Source of the DNA: Thermococcus kodakarensis KOD1
GTDB taxonomy: Archaea; Methanobacteriota_B; Thermococci; Thermococcales; Thermococcaceae
DNA length: 32,000 nt
Direction of reading: 5' to 3'
Assembly (NCBI RefSeq): GCF_000009965.1
Contig: NC_006624.1
Coordinates: 570,001 to 602,000 of the forward strand
Positions 9,363 through 17,276 of this stretch are shown one piece after another. The position numbers and the translations under genes were made by a program. Positions within the stretch are counted from its first letter, which is position 1; each line of letters starts with the position of its first letter. Under the pieces are notes generated by a model, which was not told the DNA's origin, ran no database searches, and saw only the letters and a program-made list of their open reading frames with translations.

Positions 9363-9461
9363 ATGAAGAGTCTAGATTTGAAGGCAATAATTCCGCCTGT
9401 GGCTCCGAGTGCTGGGGGCTCGGGCAACTACTGCTGCTGTAACAAAGTCAACACAAACTGA
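9363..9461 (+). CDS. 32-aa Cys-triplet small peptide, candidate RiPP precursor: MKSLDLKAIIPPVAPSAGGSGNYCCCNKVNTN
   Basis: Hand-translated ATG 9363 to TGA 9459-9461. SD GGTGGTGA at 9353-9360 has one mismatch to GGAGGTGA and a 5-nt spacer from the GGTGG core. Local G+C spike (33/50 at 9391-9440) within an AT-rich spacer. It lies 70 nt upstream of a radical SAM maturase and is too short for the ORF track. Confidence 0.65.
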   Translation: MKSLDLKAIIPPVAPSAGGSGNYCCCNKVNTN

Positions 9462-9472
9462 AGCCTTAGAAC

Positions 9473-9488
9473 TTTATTTTTATTTTTT
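9473..9488 (+). terminator. oligo-T tract (TTTATTTTTATTTTTT) immediately after the peptide ORF; candidate archaeal intrinsic terminator/attenuator
   Basis: T5 at 9477-9481 and T6 at 9483-9488, 12-27 nt after the stop codon. Archaeal RNAP terminates at oligo-T runs. Confidence 0.4.
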
Positions 9489-9531
9489 AATTAATCAACA
9501 CGGCGTACTCATCACACATGGAGGTGTTATA

Positions 9532-10869
9532 ATGTCTATGAAAGTTCACATACTATCAAAACAGATTAACGAAAATGAATATGTTGCATTCGATCCAATG
9601 AGTAAAACTGTCCTAATACTAAATAGGCAAGAAAAAAATATAATAGAAAAGTTCCAAAGAAGTATTCCGCTGTCTATATCTGAAAAATACATCCTTAAAG
9701 ACATACTTGATTTCCTAAATGAGAAACGTGAAAATGCCCCCAAACAGCAATTTCCATTAGATGGATCCCCCAATATGATGGTATTAATGGTATCTCAACT
9801 TTGCAATATGAAATGCAAATATTGCTATGCTCATTCCGGTACATATAACACTCCTGGAGTTATGAAAGAAAGCATAGGAAAACGGGCTCTTGATATTGCA
9901 AACGATTTAGGAGTAACAAATATACAATTCTACGGAGGAGAACCTCTAATCAATTTTGAATTAATATCCAAGCTTGTTAAGTATGCAGAGAAACAGGGGT
10001 ATAACTTTAAATATGGAATAATCACGAATGGAACATTGATAGGTAAAGAGATAGGCTATTTTCTAAAACAACATGATTTTGAGGTCACAATAAGTATTGA
10101 TGGACCAAGGGAGATAAATGACTTAAACAGAGTATACTCCACAGGTAAGGGAACACATGATGATATCATAAAAGCCGTGAACTTATTGAATGATCTAGAA
10201 GTTCCTTTAGCCTTAGAGATCACATACGCCCGTAATTATATCGGCAAATATACCATATCAGAGATTTTGGATTACCTTAGCAATTATTCGAAGACTTTCA
10301 TAGTAGGATATGTTCTGCCCACAGTGGATGGACATCGACAAGTATACGAACCAACCGAACAAGAAGTTGAAAACATGATGACAGAACTTGTAAATTACCT
10401 CTTTACAAAATGGGAAAATGGAATTCAAATACGAGAAATGGGAATCTGCATGGTACTTCGTGAGCTTTTAGACCCAGTCTATCATGTTAAAAAATGCATA
10501 TGCCCTGAATTCCCAACTAGAATCACTGTATTTCACGATGGTAGTGTATACCCCTGCCACCAAGTGTATCTAGACAAACGTTTCTATCTAGGACATATAA
10601 TGGACAGGGAGTTTAAGGATACATTACAGAGACAATTCAAAAACGCAGTGGATAATTTTGCGATGTCTAATCTTCATACAAATAATAACGAACAATGGAT
10701 ATTTAGTGTCTGTAGCTTTTGTAAAGCCCATCTAATGGAAGTTAGTGGTACTTACTATTTAAGATATCCAAATGCTTATCAAAAAGTACTAGAACATATC
10801 ATGTATAACATGGTCACTAGAAACATGAGATCAGTCATACATACACTAGGGGGCACTATAATTGAGTAA
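9532..10869 (+). CDS. radical SAM peptide-modifying enzyme with N-terminal PqqD/RRE-like domain and reduced SPASM/Twitch-like C-terminal domain
   Basis: GGAGGTG at 9520-9526, then ATG 9532 (445 aa). CX3CX2C = CNMKCKYC (Cys91/95/98, nt 9802-9825). GGE motif FYGGEPL. C-terminal CX12GX4C (CPEFPTRITVFHDGSVYPC) plus CSFC. N-terminal ~85 aa (YVAFDPMSKTVLILNRQEKNIIEKF) resembles RiPP recognition elements. The ORF-track start at 9409 runs through the peptide gene in another frame. Confidence 0.85.
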   Translation: MSMKVHILSKQINENEYVAFDPMSKTVLILNRQEKNIIEKFQRSIPLSISEKYILKDILDFLNEKRENAPKQQFPLDGSPNMMVLMVSQLCNMKCKYCYAHSGTYNTPGVMKESIGKRALDIANDLGVTNIQFYGGEPLINFELISKLVKYAEKQGYNFKYGIITNGTLIGKEIGYFLKQHDFEVTISIDGPREINDLNRVYSTGKGTHDDIIKAVNLLNDLEVPLALEITYARNYIGKYTISEILDYLSNYSKTFIVGYVLPTVDGHRQVYEPTEQEVENMMTELVNYLFTKWENGIQIREMGICMVLRELLDPVYHVKKCICPEFPTRITVFHDGSVYPCHQVYLDKRFYLGHIMDREFKDTLQRQFKNAVDNFAMSNLHTNNNEQWIFSVCSFCKAHLMEVSGTYYLRYPNAYQKVLEHIMYNMVTRNMRSVIHTLGGTIIE

Positions 10870-12526
10870 AGCACTCCGCAGAGTTCTCCAGATTGGACTG
10901 GCTCACAAGAAATACGTGTTCCTCCTCATAACTTTGGGGGCAGTATCAACTCTCCTATCTGCAGCCGTGCCTTTTTACATTCAAAGCCTCATTGAAAACC
11001 TCGGCAAGATGAATACCGATGACATCCTGAAGAATATTGGAATTATACTCCTCCTGTACACCGCATCAACGATCGTCTACTTATACTCGGGCTTTGTTAG
11101 CAACTTCGCAGAAACGAAAGCTGCCGCATGGCTTAAAAGAAAACTGTTCATCTCAACTCTGCTCTCAGAGAACATCAACCCGGGTGATGCCCTCTCCCGA
11201 ATTCAATCGGACACGGAAATCGTCGGTAGAATGGGAATGTCTCTAATCCCTGCCATCATTATAGAGGCATTTTCTCTAATCATTGGAGTGACGGTTATCT
11301 TTAGACTAAACCCATATCTAGGTGCCGTTACCCTCCTAACACTTCCGGTCTACGGTCTCTCCCTCAGGGCGTTCATTCATGGACTTAAGCTGGCCTCTTC
11401 AGAAGAAAGAAAGAGATACTCAGAGAGCGTTACCGCATTTAAAGAGGGAATAGACGGTAGGCTTGATATAAAGACCCTTGATGCGTTCGACTATCTTATC
11501 AAAAGGGTCTCAGAAAGGCTTGACCGTTGGGTCAATGCATCAAAAAGAGTTGCTTTTTACAGCACAGCCAGCTATGGCCTTCAGTCATATCTATCAACGA
11601 TCCTACCACTTCTTGTCCTCCTAAGTGGTATAGTTTTTGTTAAGAATGGAATGGCCACCCTTTCGTCGGTGATCGCCACGTTTACATACCTCGGCAGAGT
11701 CTATTACCCAGTTGAGCGATTTGCATTCTTCTGGAGCAGTTATCACAGAGCCGTTCCCATAATTGAAAGAATATGGGAGTTCATTGAAATCGAACCATTC
11801 CTTGAAAGATCAACGTGTACTCCAGAAGATTGGGATATTGAATTGCAGGGTGTATCCCTATCCCGCGAAGGAAGTCAGGTTCTAAAGGAAATCTCCGAGA
11901 GAATTGCCTTTGGCAAAAACCTCGGCATAGTGGGTCCTTCGGGAGTTGGAAAAACAACGCTAGCCTTGATAATCTCGGGAATAATTAGGCCCACCAAGGG
12001 CAAAGTTAAGATCGGAAAGTGTCCACCCGAGTCCCTTCTTGGCAGGGAACTTATCTATGTTCCGTCACAGCCGTATCTCTTTGAGGGAACGGTTAGGGAA
12101 AACATTGCCCTCGGAAAAAATCTCACAGACAGCGAAATTGTGGAGATTCTAAAAACCGTTGAACTTGAGGAACTAAATCCCGATTTACCTATTGAAGAGG
12201 GCGGTAAAAATCTATCGTTAGGCCAGAGACAGAGGATAGCCTTAGCGAGAGCTCTAGCTAGAAATCCCAGGATCATGATACTGGATGAAGCCACTTCGGG
12301 CATGGATTCTGAGAGGGAGGCAAGGATCCTCCAAAGATTGAGAAAAATGGAGATGACCCTTATCATCATATCACACCGGCTATCAACGGTCAGGGACATG
12401 GAAGAGATATGGGTTCTCGATGATGGTAGAATACTATGCAGAGGTAGACATGAAGAGCTGTTCAGGAGTTGCGAGAAGTATCGTGAGTTATTCAAAGAGC
12501 AGGAGAAAGGCAAAGATGGTCTTTAA
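10862..12526 (+). CDS. ABC exporter, fused 6-TM permease plus ATPase (type I exporter, half transporter); no N-terminal C39 peptidase domain
   Basis: 554 aa. Walker A GPSGVGKTT, signature LSLGQRQR, Walker B IMILDEATSGMD, H-loop ISHR. TTG start is the first codon after an in-frame TAA and overlaps the radical SAM stop by 8 nt. Confidence 0.9.
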   Translation: MSKALRRVLQIGLAHKKYVFLLITLGAVSTLLSAAVPFYIQSLIENLGKMNTDDILKNIGIILLLYTASTIVYLYSGFVSNFAETKAAAWLKRKLFISTLLSENINPGDALSRIQSDTEIVGRMGMSLIPAIIIEAFSLIIGVTVIFRLNPYLGAVTLLTLPVYGLSLRAFIHGLKLASSEERKRYSESVTAFKEGIDGRLDIKTLDAFDYLIKRVSERLDRWVNASKRVAFYSTASYGLQSYLSTILPLLVLLSGIVFVKNGMATLSSVIATFTYLGRVYYPVERFAFFWSSYHRAVPIIERIWEFIEIEPFLERSTCTPEDWDIELQGVSLSREGSQVLKEISERIAFGKNLGIVGPSGVGKTTLALIISGIIRPTKGKVKIGKCPPESLLGRELIYVPSQPYLFEGTVRENIALGKNLTDSEIVEILKTVELEELNPDLPIEEGGKNLSLGQRQRIALARALARNPRIMILDEATSGMDSEREARILQRLRKMEMTLIIISHRLSTVRDMEEIWVLDDGRILCRGRHEELFRSCEKYRELFKEQEKGKDGL

Positions 12527-12579
12527 TCAATTTATGCCCTAACCGGTAGCAAGTAATTCGAAAGGGTAAAAGAACAAAA

Positions 12580-13452
12580 TCAGAAGTAAATCCCCATCTC
12601 CTCCGCTATCTTCCTGAGCCTCTCTATTCTCGCCTCGGTCGGCGGGTGGGTTGAGAAGAGGTTCGCTATGCTCATGCCCCTGAACGGGTTCACGATGAAC
12701 ATGTGGGCCGTTGCTGGGTTGCCTTCCCTCATCGGGCGGTAGTTAACTGCCTGCTCTATCTTCATCAGCGCGCTGGCGAGGGCGTGCGGCTTGCCGCTTA
12801 TCCTTGCTCCACCCTCATCCGCTAAGAACTCCCTTGACCTGCTTATCGCAGCCTGGATGAGCATTGCCGCTATTGGGGCCAGGATAGCCACGAGTATAGC
12901 CCCAATGATGTCTCCGCCATCGTCCCTGTCCCGGTTAAATCCTCCGAATATGGCTATCCACCTGGCCCAGTAGGCGAGCTGCATTATTGCACCTGCCATT
13001 GCGGCAGCGACCGTCCCTATTAGTATGTCCCTGTTCTTTATGTGGGTCAGCTCGTGCCCTATGACTCCCTCAAGCTCGTCCCTGTTGAGTATCCTGAGGA
13101 GTCCCTGGGTTACGGCCACTACGGCGTGCTTGGGATCCCTTCCAGTCGCGAAGGCGTTGGGAGTCTCGCTCGGGATTATCGCCACCCTGGGCGTTGGAAG
13201 GCCGGCCCTCTGGGCGAGATCCCTCACTATCGCGTACAGCTCTGGAGCTTCGTACTCATCAACTATCCTCGCGTTGTACCAGCTCAGCACTATCCTGTCG
13301 CTGTACCAGTATGTTATGAAGTTGAAGAACATTGAGAACAGGAACATTATGAACGCCACATTCGGCCCGCCGAAGAGGTAGCCTATCCCCATTAGCAGGC
13401 CAGTTAGGATCGCCATGAGCACTCCGGTTCTCAGCCACATCACGAGTCCCAT
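12580..13452 (-). CDS. htpX: HtpX-type M48 zinc metalloprotease (membrane)
   Basis: 290 aa. [10 protein letters not shown] (HExxH), N-terminal TM helices, and the C-terminal EFLADEGGA and [11 protein letters not shown] blocks typical of HtpX. Confidence 0.92.
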   Translation of the reverse strand: MGLVMWLRTGVLMAILTGLLMGIGYLFGGPNVAFIMFLFSMFFNFITYWYSDRIVLSWYNARIVDEYEAPELYAIVRDLAQRAGLPTPRVAIIPSETPNAFATGRDPKHAVVAVTQGLLRILNRDELEGVIGHELTHIKNRDILIGTVAAAMAGAIMQLAYWARWIAIFGGFNRDRDDGGDIIGAILVAILAPIAAMLIQAAISRSREFLADEGGARISGKPHALASALMKIEQAVNYRPMREGNPATAHMFIVNPFRGMSIANLFSTHPPTEARIERLRKIAEEMGIYF

Positions 13453-13588
13453 GCTCTCTCACCCCCAGACTAAAATAACAATCGGGTATTAAAAGCTTTG
13501 GTCTGGTACCAATTGCCAGCCTCTATGCAGAAGTTCTTTCTTTGGGTTTATAATTCCTGCTGGAAGGAAAAGAGAAGTGAAAGGGGCA

Positions 13589-15235
13589 TCACATGCCCAT
13601 GTCCATTCCGCCCATTCCGCCGGGCATTCCGCCGCCCTGGCCGCCTTCGGGCTTGGTGGCCTTTGCAGCTATGACGTCGTCGATCCTGAGGATCATTATA
13701 GCTGCTTCGCTGGCGCTCTTGATGGCCTGCTTCTTGACGCGGAGCGGCTCGATGATGCCCTTCTCGAGCATGTCAGCCGGCTTGCCCTCGAATACGTCAA
13801 TACCGATGCCAAGGCCCCTGTTCTTGTGCTCGCTGATGACTTTGACGAGCATCTCGACGGTGTCAAGGCCAGCGTTTTCAGCGAGGGTCTTCGGGATTAT
13901 CTTGAGGGCATCGGCGAAGTTCTCTATGGCGAGAGCTTCCTTGCCGCCGACCTGCTTGGCGTACTCGTCGAGCCTGATGGCGAGCTCGATCTCAGGAGCA
14001 CCGCCAGCTGGAAGAACGGCGCCGTCCTCCATGACGTCCTTGACTACCTTAACTGCATCCTCGAGGGCCCTCTCGACCTCGTCAATGACGTGCTCGGTTC
14101 CACCGCGGATGAGGATGGTGACGGCCTTCGGGTTCTTGCAGCCCTCAACGAAGATCATGTTCTCGCCCGCGAGCTTCCTCTCCTCAACGACCTCAGCGTA
14201 GCCAAGGTCTTCTGGGGTGAGATCCTTAACGTTGGTGACGATCTTGGCGCCGGTGGCCTTGGCGAGCTTCTCCATGTCGCTCTTCTTGACCCTTCTAACG
14301 GCCATTATGCCGTACTTGGCGAGGTAGTGCTGGGCGAGGTCGTCAATACCCTTCTGAACGAAGACGACGTTTGCACCGGTCTGGGCAATGTGGTCAACCA
14401 TGTCCTTGAGCATCTTCTCCTCCTGCTCAAGGAAGCTCATGAGCTGGTCCGGGCTGGTTATGTTGATCTTCGCATCGGTCTCGGTCTTCTTGACCTCAAG
14501 GGCCTCATTGATGAGGGCAATCTTGGCGTTCTCGACCCTCTTGGGCATCCTCGGGTGGACAACTTCCTTGTCGATGACGACACCGCGGACGAGCTCGCTC
14601 TCCTCGACACCTTCACCGGCCTTCTTCTCGAACTTGATGTTGTCGAGGTCAACGACGTACTTTCCGTCCTTCTTCTCGGCGACCTGCTTGACGGCCTCAA
14701 CGGCGAGCTTTGCGAGGAGCTCCTTGTGGCTCTCGGCGTTCTTTCCTGTGATTGAGGTGGCGGCTATCTTGAGAAGGGTCTCCTCGTCGTCCGGGTCAAC
14801 CCTTATGGCTATCTCGTCAAGTATTTCTTGGGCCTTCTCGGCGGCGAGGGCGTAACCCTTGATGATTATGCTCGGGTGAATGTTCTGGTCGAGAAGCTCC
14901 TCAGCCTTCCTGAGGAGTTCTCCAGCGATGACGACGGCAGTGGTAGTACCATCACCGGCCTCCTTGTCCTGAGTCTTAGCAACCTCAACCATCATCTTAG
15001 CAGCCGGGTGCTGGAGGTCGATCTTGTCGAGTATCGTAGCGCCATCGTTCGTGACGACTATGTCGCCAAGGCTGTCTACGAGCATCTTGTCCATTCCCTT
15101 TGGACCAAGGGTGGTTCTAACAGTCTCGGCTATGATCCTGGCAGCGAGAATGTTGAGCCTCTGGGCGTCTCTTCCAACGTACCTCTGGGTTCCCTCAGGC
15201 AGAATAACAACCGGCTGTCCACTAAGCTGTGCCAT
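13589..15235 (-). CDS. ths: thermosome subunit (group II chaperonin)
   Basis: 548 aa. [24 protein letters not shown], and a Gly/Met-rich tail [26 protein letters not shown], with TATA TTTTATAG (15287-15294, minus strand) about 50 nt upstream. Confidence 0.97.
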   Translation of the reverse strand: MAQLSGQPVVILPEGTQRYVGRDAQRLNILAARIIAETVRTTLGPKGMDKMLVDSLGDIVVTNDGATILDKIDLQHPAAKMMVEVAKTQDKEAGDGTTTAVVIAGELLRKAEELLDQNIHPSIIIKGYALAAEKAQEILDEIAIRVDPDDEETLLKIAATSITGKNAESHKELLAKLAVEAVKQVAEKKDGKYVVDLDNIKFEKKAGEGVEESELVRGVVIDKEVVHPRMPKRVENAKIALINEALEVKKTETDAKINITSPDQLMSFLEQEEKMLKDMVDHIAQTGANVVFVQKGIDDLAQHYLAKYGIMAVRRVKKSDMEKLAKATGAKIVTNVKDLTPEDLGYAEVVEERKLAGENMIFVEGCKNPKAVTILIRGGTEHVIDEVERALEDAVKVVKDVMEDGAVLPAGGAPEIELAIRLDEYAKQVGGKEALAIENFADALKIIPKTLAENAGLDTVEMLVKVISEHKNRGLGIGIDVFEGKPADMLEKGIIEPLRVKKQAIKSASEAAIMILRIDDVIAAKATKPEGGQGGGMPGGMGGMDMGM

Positions 15236-15411
15236 TTAACATTCCTCCTATCGAATTGCTTTTTGCAGAAACGCTTCGTTAGTGCTCTATAAAAGCTTTT
15301 GGGTCAAAAAGTTCATAAAAATCGTCTAAAATTGAACAAATGACAAATAAATTCCAAAAAGCAGAGGAAAGAACTAAAACGTTGAAGGCCCATTAACAGT
15401 GGGTGAAAACC

Positions 15412-16389
15412 GTGAAGCCACGGGTCTATGAGCTCTCTCCTGAGGAAGTGAGGCAGGTTTTGGGAGTAATTGAAAGCTACGGCGTAAATGAGGTTGAGGT
15501 GGAGAATCTCGCCTCTTTTCTGGACGACATGATAGAGTCTCCCAAAGAACGGCTGGAGTACGCGCGCAGGCTTCTTAACGAGGGCAACGTTGATAAGGCC
15601 GTCCTTGTGGTTGGAGATGGAACTGGCACGCTCATCGTTAAAATTGAAAACGTTGCCGAGATAAGAGTTTTCGTCAGGGAATACGAGAAGTTGATGAGGG
15701 CATTGGGATTGCGGGGTGATAGGGTGAAGCTAATAGCCCAGGGGGCCGAGGCGAAGATATACGAGGCGGACTTTGAGGAGGTCTTTGGTGTTCCTCTGCT
15801 CAAAGAGAGGGTCATCGTAAAGCACAGGATTCCAAAGAGGTACAGGATCAAGGAGATAGACGTGAAGCTGAGGAAGGAGAGAACCGTAAGGGAAGCGAGA
15901 ATTCTCCACAGGGCAAAGGAGTTCGGCGTCAACTGTCCCCACGTTTATGAGGTTGACCTGAGGGACATGAAGCTCGTGATGGAGTACATAGAGGGACAGA
16001 GGCTCAAGGAGCTCCTTGAGAGCGTCCCGATGGAAGAGAGGCTTGAGCTGTGCCGCGAGGTCGGGAGACAGATTGGAAAGCTACACAAGGCTGGGATAGT
16101 CCACGGGGATTTAACGACCTCGAACATGATATTCAGGGACGGCAAGGTCTACCTGATAGACTTTGGCTTGGCCGACTTCGACTCGACGCTTGAAGCAAGG
16201 GGCGTTGACCTGCACCTCCTCAGGAGGGCGATGGAGAGCACCCACTACACCTGGTTCGAGAGGGGCTTCGAGGCCGTCCTTGAAGGCTATGCTGAAGTTC
16301 TCGGCGAAGAAGCGAGGAAAGAAGTCGAGGAGAAGATGAGGGAGATAGAGAGCAGGGGCAGGTACAGGGAGAGGAGCTGGCTTAGTTAG
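15412..16389 (+). CDS. bud32: Bud32/PRPK-type KEOPS kinase with an additional ~105-aa N-terminal region
   Basis: The kinase core starts at LIAQGAEAKIY (Gly-rich loop equivalent). Also LVMEYIEG, IVHGDLTTSNMIF and YLIDFGLA. SD GGGTGA at 15401-15406 favours GTG 15412 over 15403. Confidence 0.85.
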   Translation: MKPRVYELSPEEVRQVLGVIESYGVNEVEVENLASFLDDMIESPKERLEYARRLLNEGNVDKAVLVVGDGTGTLIVKIENVAEIRVFVREYEKLMRALGLRGDRVKLIAQGAEAKIYEADFEEVFGVPLLKERVIVKHRIPKRYRIKEIDVKLRKERTVREARILHRAKEFGVNCPHVYEVDLRDMKLVMEYIEGQRLKELLESVPMEERLELCREVGRQIGKLHKAGIVHGDLTTSNMIFRDGKVYLIDFGLADFDSTLEARGVDLHLLRRAMESTHYTWFERGFEAVLEGYAEVLGEEARKEVEEKMREIESRGRYRERSWLS

Positions 16390-17215
16390 TAGTTCTGCGT
16401 TTTCTCTTGTTTTTAAGAATCTCTTCCAATATTGGGAAGCCGTATAAAGTACTCGCAAGGCCTACATAATGGACAAAGATATTTACAAGCCCAGACCTCC
16501 AGACAATAACCGAAGGGAATAGTCCAATAATCCCCCCGACCATTATTATAATTATTGCCAAAACAAAGTTCCAGACAGCTTTTTTCTGATGGGGATCTTG
16601 GACATTTGAGTCCCTAAGAGCTTGGGAAATCAAATAAATGAGAAATAGTCCTCCTCCGATAATCAGGAGAACTGCTGGCCAAATGATGGAATATATAAGG
16701 GCTATCAGGCCACCTAAGAGCAATGTAAATGCATATGAGAACATTGTAGGGGAAACTTTGAGTCTAAACCTTTCTTGAAGCGCAAGGGAAGAAAAATACG
16801 GAAGTGCGCCAAGCAGAGCTGAGTCTATCCCAGAAAACCCCATACCGTATCTTAGGTTGTACCGCCTCATGACCAGTAGATCAAGAATACCAATTATCGG
16901 TGGGATAACAAGAAACAGGAAGACTGTGAAGCGTTTAAAAGCATCTGTACTCCTTCCAACTTCTGAGAGGAAGTACAAAATGGGGAATAGCAAGATAAAC
17001 GTGAGCAGGTTGCCAGCTAGATGCCAAAACTCCATGTGGACAAAGTGGAGGGTATAAAGCCTGATCCAGTCGTGGGGATTTGAAAATGAGAATTCTTGAT
17101 AGTTCATTACCAGTTGCTCCTTAATCGATGCAGGTGCAAGATAAAGTAGTAATAGTACGGAAGCTGTCCCTACACACACCGAGGCAAAGAGAACTCTTTC
17201 TTTTGTGGTGTTCAT
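16382..17215 (-). CDS. rhomboid-family intramembrane serine protease
   Basis: 277 aa, multi-TM. HMEFWHLAGN (Hx4Hx3N), GFSGI (GxSG catalytic Ser) and a late FVHYVG His motif. Low G+C (25/60 at 16561-16620). The 3' end overlaps bud32 by 8 nt (convergent). Confidence 0.8.
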   Translation of the reverse strand: MNTTKERVLFASVCVGTASVLLLLYLAPASIKEQLVMNYQEFSFSNPHDWIRLYTLHFVHMEFWHLAGNLLTFILLFPILYFLSEVGRSTDAFKRFTVFLFLVIPPIIGILDLLVMRRYNLRYGMGFSGIDSALLGALPYFSSLALQERFRLKVSPTMFSYAFTLLLGGLIALIYSIIWPAVLLIIGGGLFLIYLISQALRDSNVQDPHQKKAVWNFVLAIIIIMVGGIIGLFPSVIVWRSGLVNIFVHYVGLASTLYGFPILEEILKNKRKRRTTN

Positions 17216-17276
17216 AATTTACATTTAGACTGCAAAAGGTTTTAAGAGTGTTTGTGGGTTTAATTGTTTGATTACT

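Noticed and set aside
9338-9442. Alternative 34-aa ORF in a second frame (MMNLQGGEHEESRFEGNNSACGSECWGLGQLLLL) overlapping the proposed precursor
   Set aside because: It also contains Cys, so it cannot be fully excluded. However, it has no properly spaced SD (GAGG is 16 nt upstream and only a weak GTGA is adjacent), and its ATG lies upstream of the strong GGTGGTGA that serves ATG 9363. It is kept as the alternative to test by frame-specific conservation.
9409-9531. N-terminal 41 codons of the track ORF 9409..10869 (MLGARATTAAVTKSTQTEALELYFYFLINQHGVLITHGGVI)
   Set aside because: The sequence is low-complexity and not protein-like. It starts at a GTG inside the GC-rich peptide ORF in another frame and runs through the oligo-T tract. 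A perfect GGAGGTG SD precedes ATG 9532, so it is treated as an over-extension.
12580-13452. HtpX as the leader peptidase of the candidate RiPP locus
   Set aside because: It is convergently oriented, has normal core-genome G+C, and HtpX is a ubiquitous membrane quality-control protease. Adjacency is most simply explained by the insertion site.
13577-14755. 392-aa plus-strand ORF antisense to the thermosome gene
   Set aside because: It is a shadow ORF for the same reason as above: the minus strand encodes a complete group II chaperonin.
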